Source: Actinobacteria bacterium UBA7524 (GTDB lineage Bacteria > Actinomycetota > Coriobacteriia > Anaerosomatales > UBA912). From it: a stretch of 25,919 nucleotides of DNA. Below the pieces are notes generated by a model. That model had not been told where the DNA came from, searched no databases, and worked only from the letters and a program-made list of their open reading frames with translations. The stretch is from positions 124,001 to 149,919 of the forward strand of contig DLMY01000031.1 in NCBI GenBank assembly GCA_002478275.1, written 5' to 3'. The translations under genes were made by a program, and so were the position numbers. Within the stretch, counting starts at the first letter, position 1. Every line of letters begins with the position of its first letter. Shown in pieces: positions 1-8,440 of this stretch.

Positions 1-1
1 A

Positions 2-613
2 GAGGACTTCCAGATGATCATGCCGTTCACGCCGCGGGGCCGCGACAACATGATCGGCTGGATGGCGGTGAAGTCCGACCCGACTGATTACGGCAAACGA
101 GTCGTCTACCAGTTCCCGAAGCAGCGCGTGGTGCTCGGTCCCGATCAGGTCCGTGCGCGAATCAACCAGGACGAGACGATCTCGCCGCAGCTGTCGCTGT
201 GGAGCCAGCGTGGCAGCCAGGTGCTCTTCGGCAACATGCTGGTGATCCCGCTCGAGGAGTCGGTGGTCTACATCCAGCCGCTCTACCTGCGCGCCGAGCA
301 GACCTCGATTCCCGAGCTGACGAGGGTGCTGGTCGTCTACGCCGACAAGGTCGAGATGCAGCCTGACCTCGCTTCGGCACTGCTGGCGGTCTTCGGAGAG
401 GTCGCGCCGACCGAGCCTGAAGACGGCGCCGAGGACATCATCGTCGACGCCGCACTCGCTCGCGACATCTATGAACGAGCGCTGGCCGCACAGCGAGATG
501 GTGACTGGGCCGCCTATGGGCGCCTGATCGATGAACTCGGCAACGTGCTGGCACGTCTTGCCGGAGCCATCGAGGCGCCTTCGCCCTCTACGGAGGAGAC
601 CCTCGCGCCATAG
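2..613 (+). CDS. UPF0182 (COG1615) family membrane protein, C-terminal part (5'-truncated by window edge)
   Basis: Frame is open from position 2. Motifs PFTPRGRDNMIGWM, GPDQVRARINQD..ISPQLSLW and GNMLVIPL...YIQPLYL...IPELTRV, plus the terminal GDWAAYG helix, are typical of UPF0182. Confidence 0.9.
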   Translation, partial: EDFQMIMPFTPRGRDNMIGWMAVKSDPTDYGKRVVYQFPKQRVVLGPDQVRARINQDETISPQLSLWSQRGSQVLFGNMLVIPLEESVVYIQPLYLRAEQTSIPELTRVLVVYADKVEMQPDLASALLAVFGEVAPTEPEDGAEDIIVDAALARDIYERALAAQRDGDWAAYGRLIDELGNVLARLAGAIEAPSPSTEETLAP

Positions 614-685
614 GGTTCGTACCAGGTGACGCAGTGGGCGCTCGCGTGTCAGACCCGCCGCCTAGACTCAAGTTGCGAGCCGAAA

Positions 686-715
686 ATGACGATACGGTAA
701 CAGTTCTGGTAGCAT
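686..715 (+). promoter_or_regulatory. Putative sigma70-type promoter for the rlpA leader
   Basis: ATGACG (686-691), 18-nt spacer, TAGCAT (710-715) preceded by TGG (extended -10). Confidence 0.35.
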
Positions 716-721
716 AGAACC

Positions 722-1040
722 TCACCCTTTGAGGAGGGCACTTGTGGCGCAGCAGTCGTGGAGACGACCGGGGGCGACTGCGTGGACCGGCGCCGGCAAG
801 TGCGACACGATATCTGGTCGACTCGGATTCGATCCGCATGGGCGGATGACCGAAGGCTCGTGATGCTCAAGGTCCGGAGCCGAACAGCATACTCGCTTCG
901 ATCGGCTGGAGACGACGGCGCGTGACGCCGCTCTCGCCGGGTGCGAGACAGCTAGCGACCCTCAACACACCTGTCTCAGGAACGCTCACGTTCCCACCGC
1001 ACTCCGTCGTCTGCACCGTCCCCTACCACGGAGGTCCGTG
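722..1040 (+). ncRNA. Candidate structured cis-regulatory 5' leader RNA of rlpA
   Basis: About 320-nt non-coding leader with many helices: GCACTTG 738-744/CAAGTGC 797-803; GCAGTCG/CGACTGC; ATCCGC-ATGG-GCGGAT; CGGCG-CGTGA-CGCCG; GAGACAG/CTGTCTC; GGAACG-CTCA-CGTTCC; AGACGACGG 910-918/CCGTCGTCT 1004-1012. Confidence 0.45.
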
Positions 1041-1666
1041 TGGCTTCAGCAAGACTGACCCATCGCATACTGTTCGCACTGAGCGTCATCGGCGTGATGT
1101 CGACGATACTCGGTGTGTCTCTCGGTGCGGGCTCGGCCCAGAGGGTGGCCTCGGCAAGTCCCGCCTCCCGTCCGGACGGGATACTCGGCATCGGTGAGCG
1201 TACGGTACCACCGGTAGAGGTGGTGCCTGCTTCGGAGAAGCTGGTCGTGAGCGACGAGTGGACGGTTCTTGAGACAACAGCGTCCGTGCGGGCTGCCGCG
1301 CCCATCCCCAAACCGGTGGTGCGGCGACCTGCGGTTCGTTCTGCGGCTGCGAGTAGCCGGGGAAGTGCGCCGGTGGCCGGAGGTGGCTGGCAGGTCGCGC
1401 GGGCTTCCTGGTACGGGCCCGGGTTCTACGGGCGCCGTACGGCCAGCGGCGCGGTCCTGACACAGGGCATGATGAACGTCGCCCACAAATCGCTGCCGTT
1501 CGGTACGCGTATCGAGTTCGAGTTCAACGGACGATCGTGCGTGGCGGTCGTCAACGACCGCGGCCCGTTCATAGCGGGACGCGTGTTCGATCTGGGCCCC
1601 GGTACGGCTGCGGCCCTGGGCTTCGGAGGCGTGCACAACGTGCGGTACCGGATCTTGGGCAGGTAG
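1040..1666 (+). CDS. rlpA: Septal ring lytic transglycosylase RlpA family protein (secreted, DPBB domain)
   Basis: GGAGG RBS at 1030-1034. N-terminal hydrophobic signal/anchor, then ASWYGPGFYGRRTASG, VAHKSLPFGT and VNDRGPF...FDL motifs. Confidence 0.9.
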   Translation: MASARLTHRILFALSVIGVMSTILGVSLGAGSAQRVASASPASRPDGILGIGERTVPPVEVVPASEKLVVSDEWTVLETTASVRAAAPIPKPVVRRPAVRSAAASSRGSAPVAGGGWQVARASWYGPGFYGRRTASGAVLTQGMMNVAHKSLPFGTRIEFEFNGRSCVAVVNDRGPFIAGRVFDLGPGTAAALGFGGVHNVRYRILGR

Positions 1667-1768
1667 CCGGGTCGCCCCTCCTTCGCGTCACCCGCTGGGA
1701 CGTGTCTCGTTTGGGGTATCTTCGTCTATGTGTGTTGTTGACTCGACCCGACCGATGGAGGTACGAAC

Positions 1769-2107
1769 ATGCCCGACGCTGACCCCAAGCTGGGAGCGGA
1801 CGAGCGCACCATCATCGACGCGGTAGCCGACCTGCTTCAGACGGTCGTCGACTGGTTGCGCGACGAGGCCGAGGCCATCGTGCGCGAGAAGGTCGTGGGG
1901 CCGCTGCAGAAGCTCGGACTGACGGTCGCAGCGGCGTCGGCCGCGGCCAGCCTCGCGGTCCTTGGGCTCGCGTTCGTAGCCGTGGGGCTGTTCATGTTGC
2001 TCGGCACGGCGATCGGCTATCCATACGCGCTGCTCGTCATCGGCGGGGTCCTGCTTGTCGGCTCGGTGATCTTCACCCTGATCAAGATGAGGAACATGCA
2101 GCGATGA
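1769..2107 (+). CDS. Small two-TM membrane protein, actinobacterial holin-like/DUF1469-type
   Basis: GGAGG RBS. Amphipathic N-terminal helix followed by two hydrophobic segments. Family call is tentative. Confidence 0.6.
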   Translation: MPDADPKLGADERTIIDAVADLLQTVVDWLRDEAEAIVREKVVGPLQKLGLTVAAASAAASLAVLGLAFVAVGLFMLLGTAIGYPYALLVIGGVLLVGSVIFTLIKMRNMQR

Positions 2108-2316
2108 CTCCCTCAGATGCCCCCGGCACTCCGCGTCTCACCGTTTCCGACGTCCGTCACCATGCCGAGGAGGTCCGCAACCTGGCCCTCGACAAGGTGC
2201 GTGCGCTTGCCGCCGAGGAGAGCACCAAAGCGGCGGTAGTCGGCGTTGTGGTCGTGATTGGACTGATGTCGGCCGCATACTACTTCGGGTCCCGTGCCGC
2301 GCGCCGGCGGCCCTGA
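2104..2316 (+). CDS. Small tail-anchored membrane protein
   Basis: ATGA overlap with the upstream gene. C-terminal TM segment (AAVVGVVVVIGLMSAAYYFG) followed by a basic tail. Confidence 0.65.
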   Translation: MTPSDAPGTPRLTVSDVRHHAEEVRNLALDKVRALAAEESTKAAVVGVVVVIGLMSAAYYFGSRAARRRP

Positions 2317-2743
2317 GGGCGTCAAGCCGCTGACCCCGTTCGTGCTCGAGGCGTTCGAGCCTGTCGATGGGGGCGTCGAGATCCGGGTCCGCCTGACCGA
2401 CCCTGCCATGCGCCGAACCCTGGCATTCCCGCTCCTTGCCGAGGAGGTCTTGCGTCTTCTGCCGGGCATAGTGCGGCACCGGTGCGAGAGCGGAAGCACG
2501 CGCGGCGTGGTGGCCGAGCTTGCCGATACCGAGGTGCCACACCTCTTCGAGCACGTGACTCTCGAGCTGCTCGTGCAGGCAGGTCTTCCGCGCGACATGC
2601 GCGGCGAGACGCGATGGGACTTCAAGCGTGACGGGCGAGGTGTCTATCGCGTCTTCATTGGGTGCGAGGACGAAGCCGCAGTACGGCGCACGGCGGAAGG
2701 TGCGCTCGGACTTCTGGAAGGGGCTCGGCGCGCGGGAGCATGA
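2294..2743 (+). CDS. Stand-alone cyanophycin synthetase N-terminal domain-like protein (start uncertain)
   Basis: LPGIVRHRC...PHLFEHVTLELLVQAG...GET...GVYRV matches the CphA N-domain pattern LPGL.EH.C...GH..EHVALELQ..AG. Confidence 0.75.
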   Translation: MPRAGGPEGVKPLTPFVLEAFEPVDGGVEIRVRLTDPAMRRTLAFPLLAEEVLRLLPGIVRHRCESGSTRGVVAELADTEVPHLFEHVTLELLVQAGLPRDMRGETRWDFKRDGRGVYRVFIGCEDEAAVRRTAEGALGLLEGARRAGA

Positions 2744-2774
2744 TGCTTGCGATCGCAGGAAGACCGCTTGTCCG

Positions 2775-3341
2775 CTAACCCGAGATGATCGAGGTCGGAC
2801 CTCCGCCATCGTAACGGTCGGCGAGTCGGCTCCACTCCCGCCACCTGGGAAAGCTGAAGGCGAAACCCGCCAGACCGAACAGGATGGTGACGATGAAGTA
2901 CACCCATGTGGCGCCAGTGGCGAAGCCCACGAACCCGAGCAAGGGCGGTACGGTCCAAAGCGCGTACTCCGCGATGGCGAATGTCGCGATGCGACCTTCG
3001 AGGAGGATCGCGAGTTCCTCGGCGGGTACAGGTAGGGCCTGTGAGTCGGGTGTGTCGACCGCAGTGTTCGCGACTTGAGCGTGGCGGGTCAGGACCCATC
3101 GGAACAGCGGGACCGCCAGCAACGGCTCCAGGGCGATGACGCCGAAGACGATGAGCAGGACGGGATCTGCGGTGCCTGAGCCGGGGCCGTCGGGCGCGGG
3201 TGGGCTTGAGAGAAGCCACGCGACGAATGCGAGCAGGGCGGGCACCAGTGAAATAGCGACGCAGATGACGACCGCCGTGCGATAGCGCCGTTCGAGGCTG
3301 GAGCGGTCGATCATCGTGCCGGGTCGGTTCGCTGCAGGCAT
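2775..3341 (-). CDS. Hypothetical integral membrane protein (about 4 TM)
   Basis: GAGGAG RBS upstream on the minus strand; four hydrophobic segments. Confidence 0.7.
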   Translation of the reverse strand: MPAANRPGTMIDRSSLERRYRTAVVICVAISLVPALLAFVAWLLSSPPAPDGPGSGTADPVLLIVFGVIALEPLLAVPLFRWVLTRHAQVANTAVDTPDSQALPVPAEELAILLEGRIATFAIAEYALWTVPPLLGFVGFATGATWVYFIVTILFGLAGFAFSFPRWREWSRLADRYDGGGPTSIISG

Positions 3342-3593
3342 TCCTGGAACTCCTCACCCCCGCGTGTCCTGTGTGCATTCTAGGACGGTGGGGCTGAAGT
3401 GTCATGCGTAGTGCCAAGGCGTGTCATGCACCGTATCGGAGAGGTCTGATTGACGCGGCTGAAGGGGTGCGAGGCGGGGTGGTGGGGGTATCATGAGAGC
3501 TGTGATCGAGTGTGCTTGCCCACTGCACGGCGTCGGGGGTCAAGCGCTGTGATTCGAGGGAGAAGTGGCCGATAGAAAGGGACGGTTCAGTGT

Positions 3594-4535
3594 ATGAGCA
3601 AGACGCCCGGCGGTATCGCGATCGAGATTCAGGGCGCAGCGAAGCGATTCGGGGGTAGTAAGGGCCGGGTCGCGGTCGAGGACGTCGGCTTGAAGGTGAC
3701 TGTCGGTAGCGTACACGGGCTCCTCGGCCCTAACGGTGCAGGCAAGACCACGACACTCAAGATGCTGCTTGGGCTGGTTGGGCCGGACGCCGGGGAGTTC
3801 CGAATCCTTGGCGAGCCGAACGGTCCCACGGCTCGAGCGTACGTGGGGTTCTTGCCTGAACAACCGTACTTTCCTCCGCTTCTGACCGCATTGGAGCTAC
3901 TCACGCTCCACGGACGTCTGAGCGGTATGGCGTCGGGCGACGTGGCGGTCCGGGCACGGGAGCTCCTCGACAGAGTGGGGCTTGCGGGGCGAGAGGCGGA
4001 GCGGCTGGCGAAGTACTCCCGTGGCATGTTGCAGCGCGTCGGCATCGCTCAGGCGCTCGTGGCCTCGCCCGAGGTGGTGGTTCTCGACGAGCCGGCTTCC
4101 GGGCTCGATCCGGTGGGCCAGCGTGACGTGCGCAACCTGATGATGGAGCTCAAGGATGCCGGGACTACGGTGCTTCTCTCGTCGCATCAGCTTTCCGAGG
4201 TTGAAGCCGTGTGTGATGAAGTCACGATACTGAACAGAGGGAGGGTCTCGGCGAAGGGTGCCATCGACGATCTGCTGAACGTCGCCGGGCGCACATCGGT
4301 GCGTGCCCGGGGGGAGGCGAGAAGTCTACCCGCCGAGATTCAGGCGCTGATGGAGGACGTGGCGGTATCGGGAAGCGTGTGGGTGTTCTCGGTACCGGAC
4401 AGTACCGTGAGGACAGTCGTGGACCTTCTCGATGACAGTGGTTGGGCCATAGAGTCGGTGCTGCCGAAGCGCCAGTCACTCGAGGAGTACTTCTCGAGGA
4501 TGCTGGAGAGGACCGAGAGCGAGGTGGTCTCGTGA
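3594..4535 (+). CDS. ABC transporter ATP-binding protein (ABC-2 type, PilH-like)
   Basis: Walker A GPNGAGKTT, signature YSRGMLQR, Walker B VVVLDEP, H-loop SSH. Confidence 0.92.
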   Translation: MSKTPGGIAIEIQGAAKRFGGSKGRVAVEDVGLKVTVGSVHGLLGPNGAGKTTTLKMLLGLVGPDAGEFRILGEPNGPTARAYVGFLPEQPYFPPLLTALELLTLHGRLSGMASGDVAVRARELLDRVGLAGREAERLAKYSRGMLQRVGIAQALVASPEVVVLDEPASGLDPVGQRDVRNLMMELKDAGTTVLLSSHQLSEVEAVCDEVTILNRGRVSAKGAIDDLLNVAGRTSVRARGEARSLPAEIQALMEDVAVSGSVWVFSVPDSTVRTVVDLLDDSGWAIESVLPKRQSLEEYFSRMLERTESEVVS

Positions 4536-5263
4536 ATCGTCTGATCGCCCTCGCGGCCGCGGTGTTCTCCGATGCCCTCAGACGTCGTGTGTTGTGGGTA
4601 GTCGCCCTGTTCGCTCTCGTTCTCGCAGCAGCGATACCGTCTTTGCCCTCCTACGGCGAGGGCGTCGATGACGCGGTGTACCGGGAGATCTCGCTGTCGC
4701 TTGTCTACGTGGCCGCGATGGTGGTAGCACTCGTCCTGGCGGCCACGAGGATACCCGCAGAACTCGAGCGCAGGACCGCCTACACCGTCCTCGTGCGGCC
4801 TGTCAGGCGTTGGGAGTACGTCACCGGAACGTGGCTGGGAATCGCCGCTACGATGGCGGTGGCCTGCGCGATGTTCGGTGCGATCGTCTTCGCGACCGGA
4901 TGGGTCGTGTACGGGGCTCCCATGCCGGTGCTCTGGCAGGCAGTCGCCGCGATCTGGATGGAGGCTTGCGTGGTCGCTGCTCTCTGCGTCGCCGCCTCGA
5001 CCATGCTTTCCGCTGCGACAGTCGCCGTTCTCGCGCTCGGGTTCTTGTTCGTGGCGCATGTGCGTGCAGATCTTCTCGGCGGTCCCGGAAACCCGTTGTG
5101 GAGGTTCTATCCTTCGCTCGACACGTTCAACATCATCGCACCGGTCGCGCATGGTTCGGGCGTCTCCGCCTCCTACCTTCTGGTCATGGCCCTCGTGTTC
5201 GCTGCCTGGGTGGGACTTCTGATGCTCGCGGCCGGGGCGGCCTTCTCGCGAAGGGATGTGTGA
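4532..5263 (+). CDS. ABC-2 transporter permease (PilI-like)
   Basis: GTGA overlap start; about 6 TM; ELERRTAYTVLVRPVRRWEYVTG motif; ends in FSRRDV. Confidence 0.85.
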   Translation: MNRLIALAAAVFSDALRRRVLWVVALFALVLAAAIPSLPSYGEGVDDAVYREISLSLVYVAAMVVALVLAATRIPAELERRTAYTVLVRPVRRWEYVTGTWLGIAATMAVACAMFGAIVFATGWVVYGAPMPVLWQAVAAIWMEACVVAALCVAASTMLSAATVAVLALGFLFVAHVRADLLGGPGNPLWRFYPSLDTFNIIAPVAHGSGVSASYLLVMALVFAAWVGLLMLAAGAAFSRRDV

Positions 5264-5940
5264 TGGACGCGGCTCTCAGCAGGAAGCCTCTGGCGCTGAT
5301 CGTGGCGGCACTGCTGCTTGTGACATTGCTGTCGGGCCAAGTGATCGCTGATACGCTCGCCCCTACTGGTGAGGCCGAGGATACCGGACGTACCATCGGC
5401 CGGGCGGGCTTTGCGTATCTCACCGGGATCCGAACGTATGCAGCGGCTGTGCTGTGGAACCGGCTCGATCCGTTGATGCATGAGTTCTATGACGGAACCA
5501 CCCTTGACGAGCAGGTCTACATGCTGCCCTCGATCCGGGCGATCATTGCGCTCGATCCCCAGTTCGACCAGTCCTACTATGTCGCCTCCTGGATCCTTGC
5601 GCGTAGGGGAGCGGTTGAAGAGGGGATCGAATTGGCTCGGCAGGGGGTCGAGAACAATCCTCGCTCGGGATTGCTTCTCGTGAACAACGCCCAGGTGCTG
5701 TTCCTGTTCGGTGATGACACTGACGAGGCCGTTCGACTTGTCGTGGAGGCGACCGAGCCGGACATCTTCTGGCGCAACATACTCGAAAAGCATGATTCGT
5801 TCGCAATCGTCGAGTCGATACTTGAGGTCACAGGTGATGTGGAGGGCGCGGCCAGGGTGGGCGAGGAGATCGCTCGAATCGATGCCGAGATCGACGAACT
5901 CGGACTCGAGGTCGAGCACGACCACAGTCACGAGCACTGA
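5263..5940 (+). CDS. Membrane-anchored TPR-like protein (PilG/XapA-like) with His-rich tail
   Basis: TGATG overlap start at 5263. N-terminal TM, IIALDPQF..SY and GIELARQGVENNP helical repeats, C-terminal HDHSHEH. Confidence 0.7.
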   Translation: MDAALSRKPLALIVAALLLVTLLSGQVIADTLAPTGEAEDTGRTIGRAGFAYLTGIRTYAAAVLWNRLDPLMHEFYDGTTLDEQVYMLPSIRAIIALDPQFDQSYYVASWILARRGAVEEGIELARQGVENNPRSGLLLVNNAQVLFLFGDDTDEAVRLVVEATEPDIFWRNILEKHDSFAIVESILEVTGDVEGAARVGEEIARIDAEIDELGLEVEHDHSHEH

Positions 5941-6073
5941 TTTGTCAGGACAGGAGTCGGGTTCTCAAGACCGGGTTCGTTCTCGTTCCGCGCGCGGCTC
6001 CAGGAGCCGTTGCCGCCGTGGCTGGCCGTGGCTTTCACGCAATCAAGGGGACGTAGAATCCGGTTGATTTGTC

Positions 6074-6103
6074 TTGACTGGTGGTGGATTCGTTGAGTAG
6101 ACT
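6074..6103 (+). promoter_or_regulatory. Putative sigma70 promoter of the biosynthetic operon
   Basis: TTGACT (6074-6079), 18-nt spacer, TAGACT (6098-6103). Confidence 0.55.
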
Positions 6104-6300
6104 GCGTTCGTTGTGCGCACAGAGGGCGCGCAGGTGGGGGAATGTATCAACAGAGGGGGGTTCGTGCGCGCTTTGTCTCGGCGGCCTTTGTGCCGTCGTT
6201 CCGGTTGCCGTGTCGGCACTATCCGTCCGTCATTCGAACTCGTTTGGCTTGACCGAGAGTCCTCTTGGTCGCTGGGCGTCCCCCCAATCGCGGGCGTTCG

Positions 6301-7287
6301 ATGACTGGGCGCGCGGCGATTCTTGCCACAGGGATGTATGTTCCAGACGAAATTGTGACCAACGATCATCTGGCTTCGTTCGTCCCAGGGGTGACCAGCG
6401 AAGGAATCGAACGCATCTGCGGCATCAGGGAACGTCGGCGCAGTTCTGAGGACGAGGCAGCGTCTGATCTTGCGGCTCACGCGGCCACAGACGCGCTAGA
6501 GAATGTCGGCATGACGATCGCCGATATGGACTTCCTGATCGTCGGAACTGCGACTCCGGACAGGGTCACACCGCCAACAGCCAGCCTCTTGTTAGGCAAG
6601 CTGGGGGGCGAAGGGATCCCATCGTTCGACGTGAACTCTGGTGGTTGTGCGAACTCCGTGTTCGCTTTGATCGTCGCCTCGGGGCTATTGAAACACAGGG
6701 GAGCCATCGGCCTCGTAGTCGCGGTTGAGAACTTCAAGGGGCGTATAGACTATTCGACGAGAGACACCTGTCCCTATTTCGGGGACGGTGCAGCTGCGTT
6801 TGTAGTGGGCTATGCGGACGACGGGAGTGGCATCGTCGCTCATCGCTGGCACACGTACGCTGATCAAGCTGGAACCATAACGGTTCCGGGCGGTGGTTCG
6901 GAGACCCCCGTTTCGTCGGAGATGATCGAAAACGGTCTGCAGTATCTGAAACTCGACGGTCGGGGGGTTTGGGATTTCGCGTCTCGGGCGTTTCCGGAGG
7001 CCGTCCGCGCACTGCTGGATGACACGGGTACAGATATCGGCAACATTGACCTGGTGGTGCCTCATCAGGCCAATCGTAGGCTAATAGAGTACGGTGTTCA
7101 GGAACTTGGCCTAGGGCTGGACCGGGTCGCGGTGAACGTCGAGAGATACGGGAATACCGGCGGGGCGTCTGTGGGCATCGCCTTGCACGAAGCGGTGCAG
7201 TCGGGCCGACTGCGGCGAGGTGACTTGGTCGTGTTGTGCGGGTTCGGGGCTGGCTTGGCCGTAGGCACCGTGCTGGTGCGGTGGTGA
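6301..7287 (+). CDS. fabH: Beta-ketoacyl synthase III (FabH-like), canonical Cys-His-Asn triad
   Basis: GIRERR, DVNSGGCA (Cys), FGDGAAA, VPHQAN (His), YGNTGGAS (Asn), GFGAGL. ATG 6301 preferred over TTG 6265 because the FabH fold starts there. Confidence 0.9.
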   Translation: MTGRAAILATGMYVPDEIVTNDHLASFVPGVTSEGIERICGIRERRRSSEDEAASDLAAHAATDALENVGMTIADMDFLIVGTATPDRVTPPTASLLLGKLGGEGIPSFDVNSGGCANSVFALIVASGLLKHRGAIGLVVAVENFKGRIDYSTRDTCPYFGDGAAAFVVGYADDGSGIVAHRWHTYADQAGTITVPGGGSETPVSSEMIENGLQYLKLDGRGVWDFASRAFPEAVRALLDDTGTDIGNIDLVVPHQANRRLIEYGVQELGLGLDRVAVNVERYGNTGGASVGIALHEAVQSGRLRRGDLVVLCGFGAGLAVGTVLVRW

Positions 7288-7291
7288 GGCA

Positions 7292-8440
7292 GTGATTCCT
7301 GAACAGGCCCTGAACGCCAAGAGGGTTCACATATCGGCTTGTGATAGATATGAGTCTGGTCACACGGACGAGCTGACCAGAAGACTGGTCCTTGATTCAG
7401 GGCTTGCAGACATGGTGACTCCCGGCATGGCGGTTCTTGTGAAGCCGAATCTCGTTGGGCCCTATAGGCCTGATCGTGCTGCCACCACCCATCCTCTGGT
7501 GCTCGAAGGAGTCCTTTGCGTGCTCAGGGAACTAGGTGCACGTGTGACGGTGGGCGAGTCCAGCATGACGAAGACGCGCAAGGCGCTGGAGGTGACAGGA
7601 ACCAGGGAAGTGGCGTTGCGTTACGGTGCTCAGGTGCTCGATTTCGATGTTAGTGAATACGTTGAGATTCAGAGCGGTCTGTCATACGTGCCCAGAATCC
7701 CGATCGCGAAGGCTGTCATCGACGCTGACCTTGTTATCAGTGTTGCCAAACTCAAGACACACTATGCGAACGCATTCAGTGGCGCTGTCAAGAATTGCTT
7801 CGGGGTTGTGCCAGGCAGGATGAAACTGCAGACGCACGGGTTGAGTCGTACGAAGGCGCGGTTTGAACAGGCGCTCGTGAGGATCTGGCAGCTAACCTCG
7901 CCGGCCTTGTCGGTGATCGATGGCGTCATCGGTATGGAGGGTAACGGCCCGACGAATGGACGACCAAAGCATGCGGGAGTCCTTGTGGCGGGCAGAAATG
8001 CCGCTTCGGTCGATATGGTCGCCGCAGACCTCGTGGGCGTTCCAGTTGCAGACATCACTTACCTGACGGCTGCGGTCAGGGGGGGACTCGCACCGCGTTT
8101 TGAGGACTTGGAGGTCGTTGGTGCGCCGGAGACGGTACGTTTTGCTCGACCGTCGTATGTGATGCGCAGGATGGACGCAGTGATCGAGTCGTACACCCCG
8201 TGGATCTACGAGAAGCTTCTGAAACCTCGCGTCCTGATCGGAGAATCGTGCAGGTCTTGTGGAGTCTGTGTCGAGGCATGCCCTGAGGGTGCGCTGCGAT
8301 CTAGGCAGGATATGGCGCCGGTTCTAGATGATGCGGCCTGCATCACCTGCCTGTGTTGCCAAGAGGCTTGTCCGAGTGACGCGATCAGCGCGCGCAATCG
8401 GCTCGGCGACAGAAGATTCGTACGAGGGGGACCGAGATGA
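7292..8440 (+). CDS. DUF362 domain protein with C-terminal 2x[4Fe-4S] ferredoxin
   Basis: VLVKPNL, TTHP, AKLKTH, GAVKNCFG, DGVIGMEGNGP motifs; CRSCGVCVEACP and CITCLCCQEACP. Confidence 0.88.
   Translation: MIPEQALNAKRVHISACDRYESGHTDELTRRLVLDSGLADMVTPGMAVLVKPNLVGPYRPDRAATTHPLVLEGVLCVLRELGARVTVGESSMTKTRKALEVTGTREVALRYGAQVLDFDVSEYVEIQSGLSYVPRIPIAKAVIDADLVISVAKLKTHYANAFSGAVKNCFGVVPGRMKLQTHGLSRTKARFEQALVRIWQLTSPALSVIDGVIGMEGNGPTNGRPKHAGVLVAGRNAASVDMVAADLVGVPVADITYLTAAVRGGLAPRFEDLEVVGAPETVRFARPSYVMRRMDAVIESYTPWIYEKLLKPRVLIGESCRSCGVCVEACPEGALRSRQDMAPVLDDAACITCLCCQEACPSDAISARNRLGDRRFVRGGPR

Noticed and set aside
865..890. SRP RNA-like string CAAGGTCCGGAGCCGAACAGC
   Set aside because: Lacks the TCC-GGAA-GGA-AGCAG domain IV hairpin; the similarity is superficial.
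722..900. Canonical c-di-AMP (ydaO) riboswitch call
   Set aside because: The conserved GCTGAATC, GGGGTGAAT and CAGCTAAC elements are not intact; kept only as an unassigned structured leader.
1769..2107. Prophage lysis gene
   Set aside because: No phage genes nearby; this holin-like family is commonly chromosomal in actinobacteria.
6142..6301. In-frame TGA (6250) upstream of fabH suggesting readthrough or selenocysteine
   Set aside because: The extension has no FabH similarity and the fold is complete from ATG 6301.
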